A program made the position numbers and the translations under genes. Of a stretch of DNA of 64,000 nucleotides, positions 15,936 to 24,964 are shown one piece after another. The DNA lies in NCBI GenBank assembly GCA_964434055.1, contig CAYSSY010000003.1:10372-74371 (forward strand), written 5' to 3'. The notes below the pieces were generated by a model that had not been told where the DNA came from, searched no databases, and worked only from the letters and a program-made list of their open reading frames with translations. The DNA is from an uncultured Gammaproteobacteria bacterium (GTDB lineage: Bacteria > Patescibacteriota > Patescibacteriia > UBA2196 > CAYSSY01). Position 1 is the stretch's first letter; the number at the start of each line of letters is the position of its first letter.

Positions 15936-17729
15936 TTAAAGATTGTTTTTTATTATTTGAGCTTTCTTGCGCCCAACAACGGCTTCTAAATCTTCAGTGC
16001 TGGCTTCTCTTGTTCCCTGGACGGAACCAAAGTGGGCTAATATTTTTTTCTTGAGAACTGGGCCAATGCCTGGCAATTCATCAAGCACCGAATGGTTAGC
16101 ACTTTTCCGTTGTCGTAAACCAAAATAAGAAATGGCAAAACGATGGGCTTCATCTCTTAACAGCTGAATTAATTTTAAAACATCAGAGTCCCTGGATAAA
16201 ATTAAGGGTCTCTTCTGAGTAGGTAAGTAAATCTCCTCTTGACGTTTTGCCAAAGACAAAACGGGCACATTTACCTTATATTCTTTAAATAGTTTCAAAG
16301 CCATATTAAGCTGAGGACGTCCCCCATCAAGAATGACTAAATCGGGTTTGGGCCAATTCGTGTCCTCTAAATTATTTTTTTTATCCAGCCGGAAACGTCG
16401 GCTTATTACCTCCCGCATCATTCCGACGTCGTTTGGTTGAACATCATTATTAATTTTAAATTTGCGGTATTGTTTTTTATCAAGCAAACCTCGTGTCAAA
16501 ACAACCATCGAACCCACGGCGAGCTTGCCTTGAATATTAGAGATATCATAACACTCGATTCTTTCAAGTTTATTTTTTGAGTTAATAATTTTCTGTAGTT
16601 CCTCAAGTGCCTCGCTGGTTGATTTCTCTTTTTTCTGCCAGCTGGCTGCCAAGTTACGGTAAAACTCCCGCGCGTTTAACTCACCCAGATCAAGAAGTTT
16701 TTTCTTTTGACCCATCTGAACGCTGATTATTTTATACTGACTCATGATAGGCGCTTGATTTTTGTTGATCACAATTTCCTGCGGTAGGTCACCGGCCAGC
16801 GAATAATACTTCTCCATAAATTCAGAAATAATTTCTCGACCATCTTTATCAGCAATGTTGGACAGACGGAAATTCAAACTATTAAGCAGCTTGCCATGAC
16901 GCACCACAAACACATGGACAATAGCTAAATCAGGAAAAACTACTAAACTTAAATAATCCTGATTAAGATTTTTGACACTAATAATTTTCTGCTTCAGGCC
17001 TATCTGTTCTATTGCCCTTAACTGATCCCTGATTTTAGCCGCTTTTTCATAGTCTTTTCTGGCTGACAAGGCAGTCATCTGTTGTTTAAGATCGGCTAAA
17101 ACCTCTTGAGTATTTCCTTTTAAAAACTGAGTAATATTTTTAAAAACACTTTGGTAGTCCTTTAAATCAGCCACACCTAAACAAGCGCCGGGGCAGCGAT
17201 GGATCTGATAATTAAAACATGGGCGCGGTCGGGCCGTTACTTTCTGTTGAGGCTTGAGACAAACAGGAAAAACCTTGTTGATCGTTTTTAATAAATCACG
17301 CGCTAAAACACTGGAAGTAAAAGGGCCAAAATATTTATCACGAGACGGACGATTCTTCTGCCGGCTGCCCCGCCGGCGCGTTAAATATATTTCCGGCCAT
17401 TTAAGAGTATAATCAATTTTTATGTAAACATAGCTCTTATCATCCTTAAAAACTATATTATACTTCGGCTGATGCTTTTGAATTAAATTGGCTTCTAAAA
17501 GTAGCGCTTCCTCTTCATTAGAAACCACAATATAATCAAGACTAAAAATTTCCTGAAGCATTTGTTGTTTTTGGGGAGTTAAAGCACGGTATTGATTTTG
17601 GTATGACTGCAGACGTTTCTTTAAATCTAGAGCCTTGCCTATATAGATCACTGCCTGTGATTTATTTTTAAATAAATAAACACCGGGTAAGTGTGGAATT
17701 AATTTTTTCTTTAATATTTCCTGATACAT
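15936..17729 (-). CDS. uvrC: excinuclease ABC subunit C
   Basis: It has an N-terminal GIY-YIG domain (PGVYLFKNKSQAVIYIGKALDLKKRL), a UvrBC-interaction region, and a C-terminal RNase H-like domain plus HhH. The 597-aa length fits UvrC. Confidence 0.9.
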   Translation of the reverse strand: MYQEILKKKLIPHLPGVYLFKNKSQAVIYIGKALDLKKRLQSYQNQYRALTPQKQQMLQEIFSLDYIVVSNEEEALLLEANLIQKHQPKYNIVFKDDKSYVYIKIDYTLKWPEIYLTRRRGSRQKNRPSRDKYFGPFTSSVLARDLLKTINKVFPVCLKPQQKVTARPRPCFNYQIHRCPGACLGVADLKDYQSVFKNITQFLKGNTQEVLADLKQQMTALSARKDYEKAAKIRDQLRAIEQIGLKQKIISVKNLNQDYLSLVVFPDLAIVHVFVVRHGKLLNSLNFRLSNIADKDGREIISEFMEKYYSLAGDLPQEIVINKNQAPIMSQYKIISVQMGQKKKLLDLGELNAREFYRNLAASWQKKEKSTSEALEELQKIINSKNKLERIECYDISNIQGKLAVGSMVVLTRGLLDKKQYRKFKINNDVQPNDVGMMREVISRRFRLDKKNNLEDTNWPKPDLVILDGGRPQLNMALKLFKEYKVNVPVLSLAKRQEEIYLPTQKRPLILSRDSDVLKLIQLLRDEAHRFAISYFGLRQRKSANHSVLDELPGIGPVLKKKILAHFGSVQGTREASTEDLEAVVGRKKAQIIKNNL

Positions 17730-17788
17730 AAACTAATTTATCATTAAAAACGAGGACTATTTAACTGTCTTGACACCTTAAACGTTAT

Positions 17789-18784
17789 TTGATACTTTAT
17801 CTTGATATGTTTAATGATTTAAAGGCTAAAAAAATTTATAGTGCCTTAAAAAGCGCTAGCCGGATATTACTCATCACTCATCAGACAGCTGACGGTGATG
17901 CCTTGGGCTCTGTCTCAGCTCTGGCTCAACTGGCGGCCGCTCTCGGCAAAGATTTTTTTATTTTCACAAAAGGTCCACTGACAACCAATTTATATTTTTT
18001 GCCTTTTATTGAGAAGATCGAAACTGATATGAAAATACTCCAAGAAAAAACTTTTGATTTAATGGTTATACTTGATACTGGTGATTTGACTCATACTGGC
18101 ATTTCTGATTATTTAAAAAAAATATTGGCTGTCGCTGATATTCCTTTAATAAACATCGATCATCATTATACCAATAACATCTTAACTGATTTTGACCTGG
18201 TAGTACCAGAAGCTTCATCGACCGCAGAAATATTATATAATTTTTTTACCGTCAATAATATCGAGCTCAACCGACACTTGGCCACTGCTCTCCTAACTGG
18301 CATTATAACCGATACAGAAAATTTTTCTAATCCAGCCACAACTGACAAGGCTTTAAAAGCTGCAGCTGAACTAGTTAATGCGGGAGGACAATTTAATTTA
18401 ATTACGCGCCACGTTTTCCGTCAACGTTCAATCAGTACGCTCAAAGTTTGGGGGCGTATCTTCTCACGATTATCAATTAATCCGCGAACTGGTATTGCCA
18501 AAACTATTATTACGCAAGATGATTTGAGAGACTGGGATATTGATGACGAAGCAGTGGAAGGTATTTCAAATTTTTTAAAAAATATAGAAGGTGTAAAATT
18601 TGTTTTGGTATTAAAGGAAAAAAATGATGGTACCTTAAGAGGTAGTCTGCGCACCACCAGAGATGATATTGATGTCGCGAAATTAGCGCTGGCCTTAGGT
18701 GGTGGTGGTCATAAAAAAGCCGCTGGTTTTTCCATCAAAGGCACGCTCAAACGCGACGATCAAGATAATTGGTACATCGACTAA
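17789..18784 (+). CDS. nrnA: DHH/DHHA1 phosphoesterase (NrnA-like oligoribonuclease / pAp phosphatase)
   Basis: It carries the DHH motifs (HQTADGDALGS, DHHYTNN) and the DHHA1 GGGGH motif (LALGGGGHKKAAGFS). Confidence 0.8.
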   Translation: MILYLDMFNDLKAKKIYSALKSASRILLITHQTADGDALGSVSALAQLAAALGKDFFIFTKGPLTTNLYFLPFIEKIETDMKILQEKTFDLMVILDTGDLTHTGISDYLKKILAVADIPLINIDHHYTNNILTDFDLVVPEASSTAEILYNFFTVNNIELNRHLATALLTGIITDTENFSNPATTDKALKAAAELVNAGGQFNLITRHVFRQRSISTLKVWGRIFSRLSINPRTGIAKTIITQDDLRDWDIDDEAVEGISNFLKNIEGVKFVLVLKEKNDGTLRGSLRTTRDDIDVAKLALALGGGGHKKAAGFSIKGTLKRDDQDNWYID

Positions 18785-19214
18785 TAAACTGGAATAATTT
18801 TTTTCCTCACAATCTTGGATTACTGTCAATTTTTATATAAAATAAAAAACTAGTAGTATCATATCCCTACTAGTATTTATGTAGAGCTCTGTCACTCCTG
18901 TGTTAAATCCTTTAATGCTTTTTCTAGCCTTAAAACAGTAACCTTATCTTTAGCGGAATGAGGTGATTCTTTAAATTTTTTTGTAACCTTTTCAGGATGT
19001 TTGTTACAAATATGACCAAAGAGCCATTCTCAAACACCGCTCTCTTTGTTACAATAAGGACACTTCTCACCCATTTTTGATTACTCCTCTATTAAAGTAC
19101 TTAATTATATTGATAATACTCTTCATATAATATGTCAATATTATTTGGCAATTTGACAAACCTTTAAACCATATTCTAAAATTAAGTCACGAGTAAATTT
19201 TTTACAAATTTATA

Positions 19215-19350
19215 CACAGGCCTTTCCGGTGGTCCATCGGAAAAAATAATCAGGGAAAGCGGTGTAAATCCGCTGCTGTGCCGCAACTGTAACTCTGCCC
19301 ATATTTTGTGGATAAATATGTGAAGAGAAGCCAGATGACTGATACTGTGT
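19215..19350 (+). promoter_or_regulatory. cobalamin (B12) riboswitch aptamer
   Basis: The segment AATCAGGGAAAGCGGTGTAAATCCGCTGCTGTGCCGCAACTGTAA matches the conserved cobalamin-riboswitch core (GGGAA..GGTG.AA.TCC...GC.G..CCGC.ACTGTAA). A downstream GAAGCCAGATGACTG segment is also present. It lies in the 5' leader of the 19437 gene. Confidence 0.65.
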
Positions 19351-19404
19351 TTTATTAACTAATAACTCTTCGAGCTAAAGAGTTTAGGTTTTTATGCCTA
19401 ATCA

Positions 19405-19436
19405 TCCGCCCTCAAAAGAGTGGGATTTTTTATTTT
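19405..19436 (+). terminator. Putative riboswitch expression-platform terminator hairpin
   Basis: The hairpin CCCTCAAAAGAGTGGG (bulged stem) is followed by ATTTTTTATTTT and ends just before the ATG at 19437. Confidence 0.4.
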
Positions 19437-21218
19437 ATGAAAAAAACTCTAAATTTTTTCCTAATTGGTATTATTCTGACAATGCCACTTTTTTCATCAG
19501 CAATCAATGTCACGACTGAATCAATAACTTATTTAAAAAGTAAAACCAATAATCCTTGGGTAACGATGGCTTTAGTGGCGGCGGGTGAAAATACTGGTAA
19601 TGTTGATTATCTAAAAAATGTCACTGAAACTGAAGCTGTCAAATTAGCAGCACCTATTTTAGCAATAACAGCACTTGGGCAAGATCCGAGATCTTTTGGT
19701 GCACAAAATTTAGTCTCTCAGTTAAAAAAAACATATAAACAAAATCAACTGGGTGATACTGCCACCATGAATGATGATATTTTTGGTTTGTTGGCCCTTG
19801 TGTCAGCTGGCGAAAATAACGAGGACTTGGTCGTGAATGGTACTAAAAATTTTATTCTTAATCACCAAAACAGCGATGGCGGCTGGGGCTTTCAAGTTAA
19901 TGGTTCATCAGATACCAACATGACTGCCATGGCAATTATGGCCTTAATAAAAGCTGGTGAAGATGGTGAGAAGATTAATCAGGCTGTAAATTATTTAAAA
20001 AATTCACAAAATAATGACGGTGGTTTTCCATATGATAAATCAAGCACTTGGAGTTCAGTCTCCGATGCTTCTTCCGATGCTTGGGTAATTTCCGCTATCT
20101 ATTGTCTGGGACAAGATCCATATAATTGGACGAAAAACGGAAAAAACCCAGTTGATCATTTAAAATCATTACTAGCTAATGAAGGCTACTTTCATTATCA
20201 AACAGGAAGTAATGAAGACTCATTTTCTACCATCACTACTGCTTATGCCGTGATTGCTTTGTCTGGAAAATATTATCCAATTAACACAATTAACGTTAGA
20301 CTAAAAGAATATGCTTTCCGTATTGAAGGCTCTAGTGAGACTATTTGTAGCGGTCAAATCGGGGCAGTAACTGCGCTTGATATTGTAAAAAATGCTCAAG
20401 AAATCTGCAGCTTCAATTATCTAATTGAAAATATGAGTTTCGGACCTTATTTAAAAAAAATAAACACTGATGAAGCACAGGGTTTAAAAGGCTGGCTTTA
20501 TTTAGTCAACTATAATTCACCCACAGTTGGCGCCGCTGATTATCAACTTCAAGAAAATGACGAGGTAATCTGGTTCTATGGTGAGTGGACTGATCAACCG
20601 CTTAAGATAAGCGTTGATAAAACCGAGGTTGGACAAAATGAAAATATCACAGCCACGGTCAACTTTTTTAGTCAATCTGGTTGGCAACCACTAACCGGCG
20701 CTCAAATCTTAGATAAAGTTACAGATAGTAGTGGTCAAACCATTCTATCGTTCACTGATGGCTATTATCGATTATCAGCCAAAAAAAATGGCTTCATAAG
20801 AAGTAATCAAATTAATTTAAAAGTCGGCAATCCTCAAGAAAATTCAGTCTCATTAAAAGTTGAGATTGAAAAGGGCCAAGTTGCTGGCGATGAAACCAAT
20901 GGTTCAGGAACAATTTCATTCTCTGTTGAACCAAATGAGTTAAACTTTGGTAAGTTAAAAAACGGCGCTAACAGTTCCCAAAAACTAAAAATAACTAACA
21001 ATGGCAGCACCGCCATGCATATTGAAGCTAAGGTGGACGGTGATGAACTTTTTCGCAATAACTTACAGCTTAATGATAAGTTCTGGCTTTACTTTTCTGA
21101 AAATTTAGAACAAAATCAAAATCGCGATATTACCGCACAATTGTCAGTTCCAGCAAGCTATGGTGGTAGTGCTGGTTCCAAGCAAGGTGCTCTCATTTTT
21201 TGGGCGATGGCACAGTAA
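19437..21218 (+). CDS. Secreted cobalamin-binding-like protein: alpha/alpha-toroid (prenyltransferase/squalene-oxidase-like 'DGGWG' repeats) + DUF4430-like beta domain + C-terminal Ig-like region (transcobalamin/intrinsic-factor-like architecture)
   Basis: It has a signal peptide and repeats NSDGGWGFQVNGSSDTNMTAMAIMALIKAG and NNDGGFPYDKSS...SSDAWVISAIYCLG. A segment GWLYLVNYNSPTVGAADYQLQENDEVIWFYGEW matches the DUF4430 pattern (W.YxVNG...Y.L..GD.I.W.Y). It is under the B12 riboswitch. Confidence 0.55.
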   Translation: MKKTLNFFLIGIILTMPLFSSAINVTTESITYLKSKTNNPWVTMALVAAGENTGNVDYLKNVTETEAVKLAAPILAITALGQDPRSFGAQNLVSQLKKTYKQNQLGDTATMNDDIFGLLALVSAGENNEDLVVNGTKNFILNHQNSDGGWGFQVNGSSDTNMTAMAIMALIKAGEDGEKINQAVNYLKNSQNNDGGFPYDKSSTWSSVSDASSDAWVISAIYCLGQDPYNWTKNGKNPVDHLKSLLANEGYFHYQTGSNEDSFSTITTAYAVIALSGKYYPINTINVRLKEYAFRIEGSSETICSGQIGAVTALDIVKNAQEICSFNYLIENMSFGPYLKKINTDEAQGLKGWLYLVNYNSPTVGAADYQLQENDEVIWFYGEWTDQPLKISVDKTEVGQNENITATVNFFSQSGWQPLTGAQILDKVTDSSGQTILSFTDGYYRLSAKKNGFIRSNQINLKVGNPQENSVSLKVEIEKGQVAGDETNGSGTISFSVEPNELNFGKLKNGANSSQKLKITNNGSTAMHIEAKVDGDELFRNNLQLNDKFWLYFSENLEQNQNRDITAQLSVPASYGGSAGSKQGALIFWAMAQ

Positions 21219-21352
21219 AAAAATGCGAATATAAAAATAAAAAACTATGAGTTTTCATTTTTAACTGTCGTGGCTCTGTCATGACCTCGCAGACTGCGGG
21301 ATAACAGTGAAATGGTCATTCTAATATTTAATTTTTCACTTTAAATTTATTT

Positions 21353-21883
21353 ATGTCTTCATGTAAATATTTAACTAGATACTTGATATTTCTGCTGCTC
21401 CTATTACCATTGTTGACTAAGGCTGCCGGCTTAGCCGTTACGCCAGCAAAAGTCAATTTAGAGATGACTACTGGCCAAGAAAAAAATGTCTCACTCGAAG
21501 TTGAAAACACCAGCAGTAATGTTAATCTCTATGACGTCTGGCTAGACGACGAATTTAATTTTATTAAAATTACCCCTCAAAGTTTTACCTTAGAAAGTGG
21601 GGAAAAGAAAAAGATAAACCTTATTATTACCGGAGAAAGAGAACTGAGTTTAGCCACAACAATTTCGATTATTGGCCGACCGCTTGGCATTCAAGAATTC
21701 AATTTAACGCCGGGCATAAAAATTCCGCTTAGTATAAGCATCGCCCCCCAACAAAAAAAACTAATAAATGAGTATCTTATCTATACTATCTTAAGTTTAA
21801 TGGTCCTGACTGTTGTTGTGTGGCTCATAATACTGACACGTCTTAAAACAAAGAAAAAAACGAAAAACTTATTTTTAAATTAA
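21353..21883 (+). CDS. hypothetical exported protein with a C-terminal TM anchor
   Basis: It is 176 aa with a signal peptide, a beta-rich middle region and a C-terminal TM helix plus a basic tail (LSLMVLTVVVWLIILTRLKTKKKTKN). It lies downstream of the B12-binding-like gene on the same strand. Confidence 0.45.
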   Translation: MSSCKYLTRYLIFLLLLLPLLTKAAGLAVTPAKVNLEMTTGQEKNVSLEVENTSSNVNLYDVWLDDEFNFIKITPQSFTLESGEKKKINLIITGERELSLATTISIIGRPLGIQEFNLTPGIKIPLSISIAPQQKKLINEYLIYTILSLMVLTVVVWLIILTRLKTKKKTKNLFLN

Positions 21884-21885
21884 AT

Positions 21886-21920
21886 TAAAAAAAACAGCCT
21901 TTAAAAAAGGCTGTTTTAAA
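21886..21920. terminator. Bidirectional rho-independent terminator between the 21353 gene (+) and murI (-)
   Basis: The hairpin AAACAGCC-TTTAAAAAA-GGCTGTTT is flanked by an A-run on one side and a T-run on the other. Confidence 0.5.
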
Positions 21921-21929
21921 AATATAAAC

Positions 21930-22727
21930 TTATTCCAATACTACTTTCTCAAGTTTAATTCTATTACTAAGAAATTTTTCTGCGATTTGCTGAAAATGTG
22001 GGGTAATATCAGTCACAAAATAAGCAGCATTACTGGCTTTATCTTTTAAAATCTCTTCTTTTAATGCCACATGTGAATCTAAATATTTTTTAACTTCTTG
22101 AGCGACGCTCTGAGCAGAATCAATTATCCTAACTCTCTTACCAATTGCTTTTTGAATTATTTTTTTAATCAATGGATAATGAGTACAACCGAGAATTAGG
22201 GTATCAACATTTTTAGTTTTCAGACCTTGTAAATATTTTTTTACAATTCTTTTAGTTTCAGCCTCGTCTAACCAACCTTCTTCAACAAGTGACACTAAAA
22301 GTGGACAAGCCTGAGAAGTAACTACCATCTGAGTGCCACCAAGCTCTTTTATTTTTTTTTCATAAATTCCACTGTTAATGGTGGCCCGTGTGCCAATAAC
22401 TGCAATTCTTTTTTTAGTACTGACCTTAAGTGCCTCTTTAACTGCCGGGGTCACAACTTCAAAAATCGGCAATGAAAAATTTTTTCTTAAAACTTCCATG
22501 GCATTGGTTGAAGCTGTATTGCAGGCAACAATGATAATCTGTGCCCCTTTTTCCATTAAAAATTTAGTGTCGCCTAAAGCATAATTCTCCACCATCTCCC
22601 GACTTTTATTACCATAAGGTGTCCGGGCTGTATCGCCTAAATATAAAAAAGGCAAATCCGGCATCTGTCTGATCACTTCTTTAACAACGGTCAAACCGCC
22701 TAAACCTGAATCAAAAATACCTAGCAT
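21930..22727 (-). CDS. murI: glutamate racemase
   Basis: It carries GIFDSGLGGLTV and the two catalytic Cys regions (VACNTAS, GCTHYP). Confidence 0.9.
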   Translation of the reverse strand: MLGIFDSGLGGLTVVKEVIRQMPDLPFLYLGDTARTPYGNKSREMVENYALGDTKFLMEKGAQIIIVACNTASTNAMEVLRKNFSLPIFEVVTPAVKEALKVSTKKRIAVIGTRATINSGIYEKKIKELGGTQMVVTSQACPLLVSLVEEGWLDEAETKRIVKKYLQGLKTKNVDTLILGCTHYPLIKKIIQKAIGKRVRIIDSAQSVAQEVKKYLDSHVALKEEILKDKASNAAYFVTDITPHFQQIAEKFLSNRIKLEKVVLE

Positions 22728-22736
22728 ATTGGCTTA

Positions 22737-23522
22737 TTATTTTAATAGTTTAATTAACTGATTATGAATTCTACCATTACTAACTAATAAATGTCTAGCA
22801 TTAAAACCGGGATACTGGCCACCTAAATCAGTAATCTTTGCCCCGGCTTCTTGAGCAATAACCAATCCGGCGCCTAAGTCTTTTATCTCTTGCCAACCAG
22901 TTAAATCAAAATAAGCATCGAAATGACCTTGGGCTAAATAGCATAAACTCAAAGAGCCTAAACCCATAACACGGAAACGATAAAAATGTTCCATAACTCT
23001 TTTCATACGCTCATTGGTTATTTTGTGCTCTTTCTTATTTAATAAACTTAGACGTGTTATATCTAAATAGATGATTGAATCGCTTAATTTACTAATTGAA
23101 GAAACCTTAATTTTTTTGTGGTTATAATAAGCACCGTGACCTTTTTCTGCCCACCATGAATCCTTGGTCCCTGGCTGATAAACAACTCCCAAAAGCGGTT
23201 TTTCCTGGTACCACAGACCAATAGCTGTCGTAAAAAATTTAATACCAGACTGAAAATATTTACTACCATCAATAGCATCAATCACCCAAGTATAGGGTGA
23301 CTGTTGATTTATATTTTTGGTTTCTTCTCTAATAATATTGTGTCCGGGACACTTTTTTAATATTTTTTCGCTGACACTTTTTTCTATAGCAAAATCTATT
23401 TCAGAAGCAATATCTCTTTTCACTGTCTTACTGACAAAATGATGCTTCTTATTGAGGGTAGTTAAAACTTGGTCACCGCTCTCGCGAGCTAGATTAAGAG
23501 TAAATTTTAAAAGTGGCGACAT
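22737..23522 (-). CDS. inositol monophosphatase family protein (SuhB/CysQ-like)
   Basis: It carries the IMPase motifs, including WVIDAIDGSKYF (WxIDPIDGT-like) and downstream metal-binding residues. Confidence 0.8.
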   Translation of the reverse strand: MSPLLKFTLNLARESGDQVLTTLNKKHHFVSKTVKRDIASEIDFAIEKSVSEKILKKCPGHNIIREETKNINQQSPYTWVIDAIDGSKYFQSGIKFFTTAIGLWYQEKPLLGVVYQPGTKDSWWAEKGHGAYYNHKKIKVSSISKLSDSIIYLDITRLSLLNKKEHKITNERMKRVMEHFYRFRVMGLGSLSLCYLAQGHFDAYFDLTGWQEIKDLGAGLVIAQEAGAKITDLGGQYPGFNARHLLVSNGRIHNQLIKLLK

Positions 23523-23526
23523 ATTT

Positions 23527-24960
23527 TTAATTTAAGACATCTAAATTAACACATAACTGATCCTGCCAGATCATCTCTGGATAGCTCCTCAGAATATCTC
23601 TCGTGTACAACCTCCTTTTTTCATAAGTTACCTCATCTTTAGCCTCAAATTTGACGGTAATATAGGGACCATTTTGGGAATAGCGAAAAACCATCATACC
23701 GTCTTTGAAATCAGCGCGCACACCGTCATCACCAGGTATAATTGAATCATCAGTAATCTCAGCGTCCTGAAAATCATTTTTAAACCTAACAGCTAAATTT
23801 TTAATAACATCCTTTTTCTTGTCATCAGGACAACCAATTTTTATCTCTGGTGACGAAATGTATCTGGGAAATTTATCAACTAAATTGGCTAGGGAAATCT
23901 TTTTTTCTGATAAATATTCTAAAACTCTCAGTGCAGCGTAACAGCCATCATCATGACCATAAGCATTATCAGCGAAAAAGAAATGACCGGAGAGTTCACC
24001 GCCAAAAGCCGCTTTTTCTGTAGCAATTTTACTTTTAATAAATGAATGACCAGTACGCCAAATTATTGGTTGACCACCCTCCTGTAAAATAACCTCCCGG
24101 ACCACCTGGGAACATAAAGTATTATAAATAATTTTCGATTTTGGAAATCTTTCCAAAATTTCTTTGGCAAAAATTGCCACCAAAACATCGTTCCATAAAA
24201 TTCTTCCTTTTGAATCAACAACCCCTAAGCGATCACCATCGCCGTCAAAGGCAAAACCTAAATCAGCCCCCTCTTTTAGAACTTCTTCGCCTAAACTCTT
24301 CATATATTTTTCATCGGTTGGATCAGGCGTGCCTTTAGGGAAACTACCATCAACCTCTAAATTTTTGCCAATGACCTGACACTTGGCTTTCTTAAAAATA
24401 TCAACCACAAATAGACCAGTGGTCCCATGCCGGCCATCAATTACAATTTTATATTTTTTCTTAATAGCTACCCTTTTGAGTAAATCATGGATATAGTCTT
24501 TTTTGATGTCTTTCTTAACTAACTTTCCAATTTTTTTACTGATAAAAAAATTCTCCTGTTCAACATAAGATCTAATTTCCTGAACGTCATCCTCCATGGT
24601 TGTCTGCGAATAACCAACACCTAATTTGAAGCCATTAAAATTATAGGGATTATGCGAAGCGGTCATAATCGCCCCACCATTAGTCTGAAAACGATATTGA
24701 CCATAATACATCATTTGAGTCATGATCATCCCTAAATCAATAATATCGACACCGGTTGAGAGTAAACCCCTGATAAAAGCCGGTAAATATTCTTCGCCAC
24801 TTAAACGGCAGTCACGTCCAACAACCGCCTGTTTAATTTTGCGACGCTTTAAAAAAGTACCGAAAGCTTTGCCTATGACTTCCATTTTTTCGACGTCAAA
24901 ATCTTTACCCGCCTCACCGCGGATATCATAATTTCTAAAAACAAAAGGATTTATCTGCAT
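23527..24960 (-). CDS. phosphohexomutase (phosphoglucomutase/phosphomannomutase family)
   Basis: It carries the active-site Ser loop MTASHNPYNFNGFK, the metal-binding loop FAFDGDGDR and the sugar-binding region GGELSGH. Confidence 0.85.
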   Translation of the reverse strand: MQINPFVFRNYDIRGEAGKDFDVEKMEVIGKAFGTFLKRRKIKQAVVGRDCRLSGEEYLPAFIRGLLSTGVDIIDLGMIMTQMMYYGQYRFQTNGGAIMTASHNPYNFNGFKLGVGYSQTTMEDDVQEIRSYVEQENFFISKKIGKLVKKDIKKDYIHDLLKRVAIKKKYKIVIDGRHGTTGLFVVDIFKKAKCQVIGKNLEVDGSFPKGTPDPTDEKYMKSLGEEVLKEGADLGFAFDGDGDRLGVVDSKGRILWNDVLVAIFAKEILERFPKSKIIYNTLCSQVVREVILQEGGQPIIWRTGHSFIKSKIATEKAAFGGELSGHFFFADNAYGHDDGCYAALRVLEYLSEKKISLANLVDKFPRYISSPEIKIGCPDDKKKDVIKNLAVRFKNDFQDAEITDDSIIPGDDGVRADFKDGMMVFRYSQNGPYITVKFEAKDEVTYEKRRLYTRDILRSYPEMIWQDQLCVNLDVLN

Positions 24961-24964
24961 AAAA

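Noticed and set aside
18890-19075. Minus-strand Cys/His-rich reading frame (MGEKCPYCNKESGV-TGA-EWLFGHICNKHPEK..., ~60 codons) interrupted by one in-frame TGA
   Set aside because: This would require UGA recoding (Gly/Trp/Sec). All long genes in the window are intact under the standard code, so code 25/4 is excluded. No SECIS-like element was identified. It is most likely a chance frame or a decayed small zinc-ribbon gene, and it is only worth a quick check against selenoprotein predictors.
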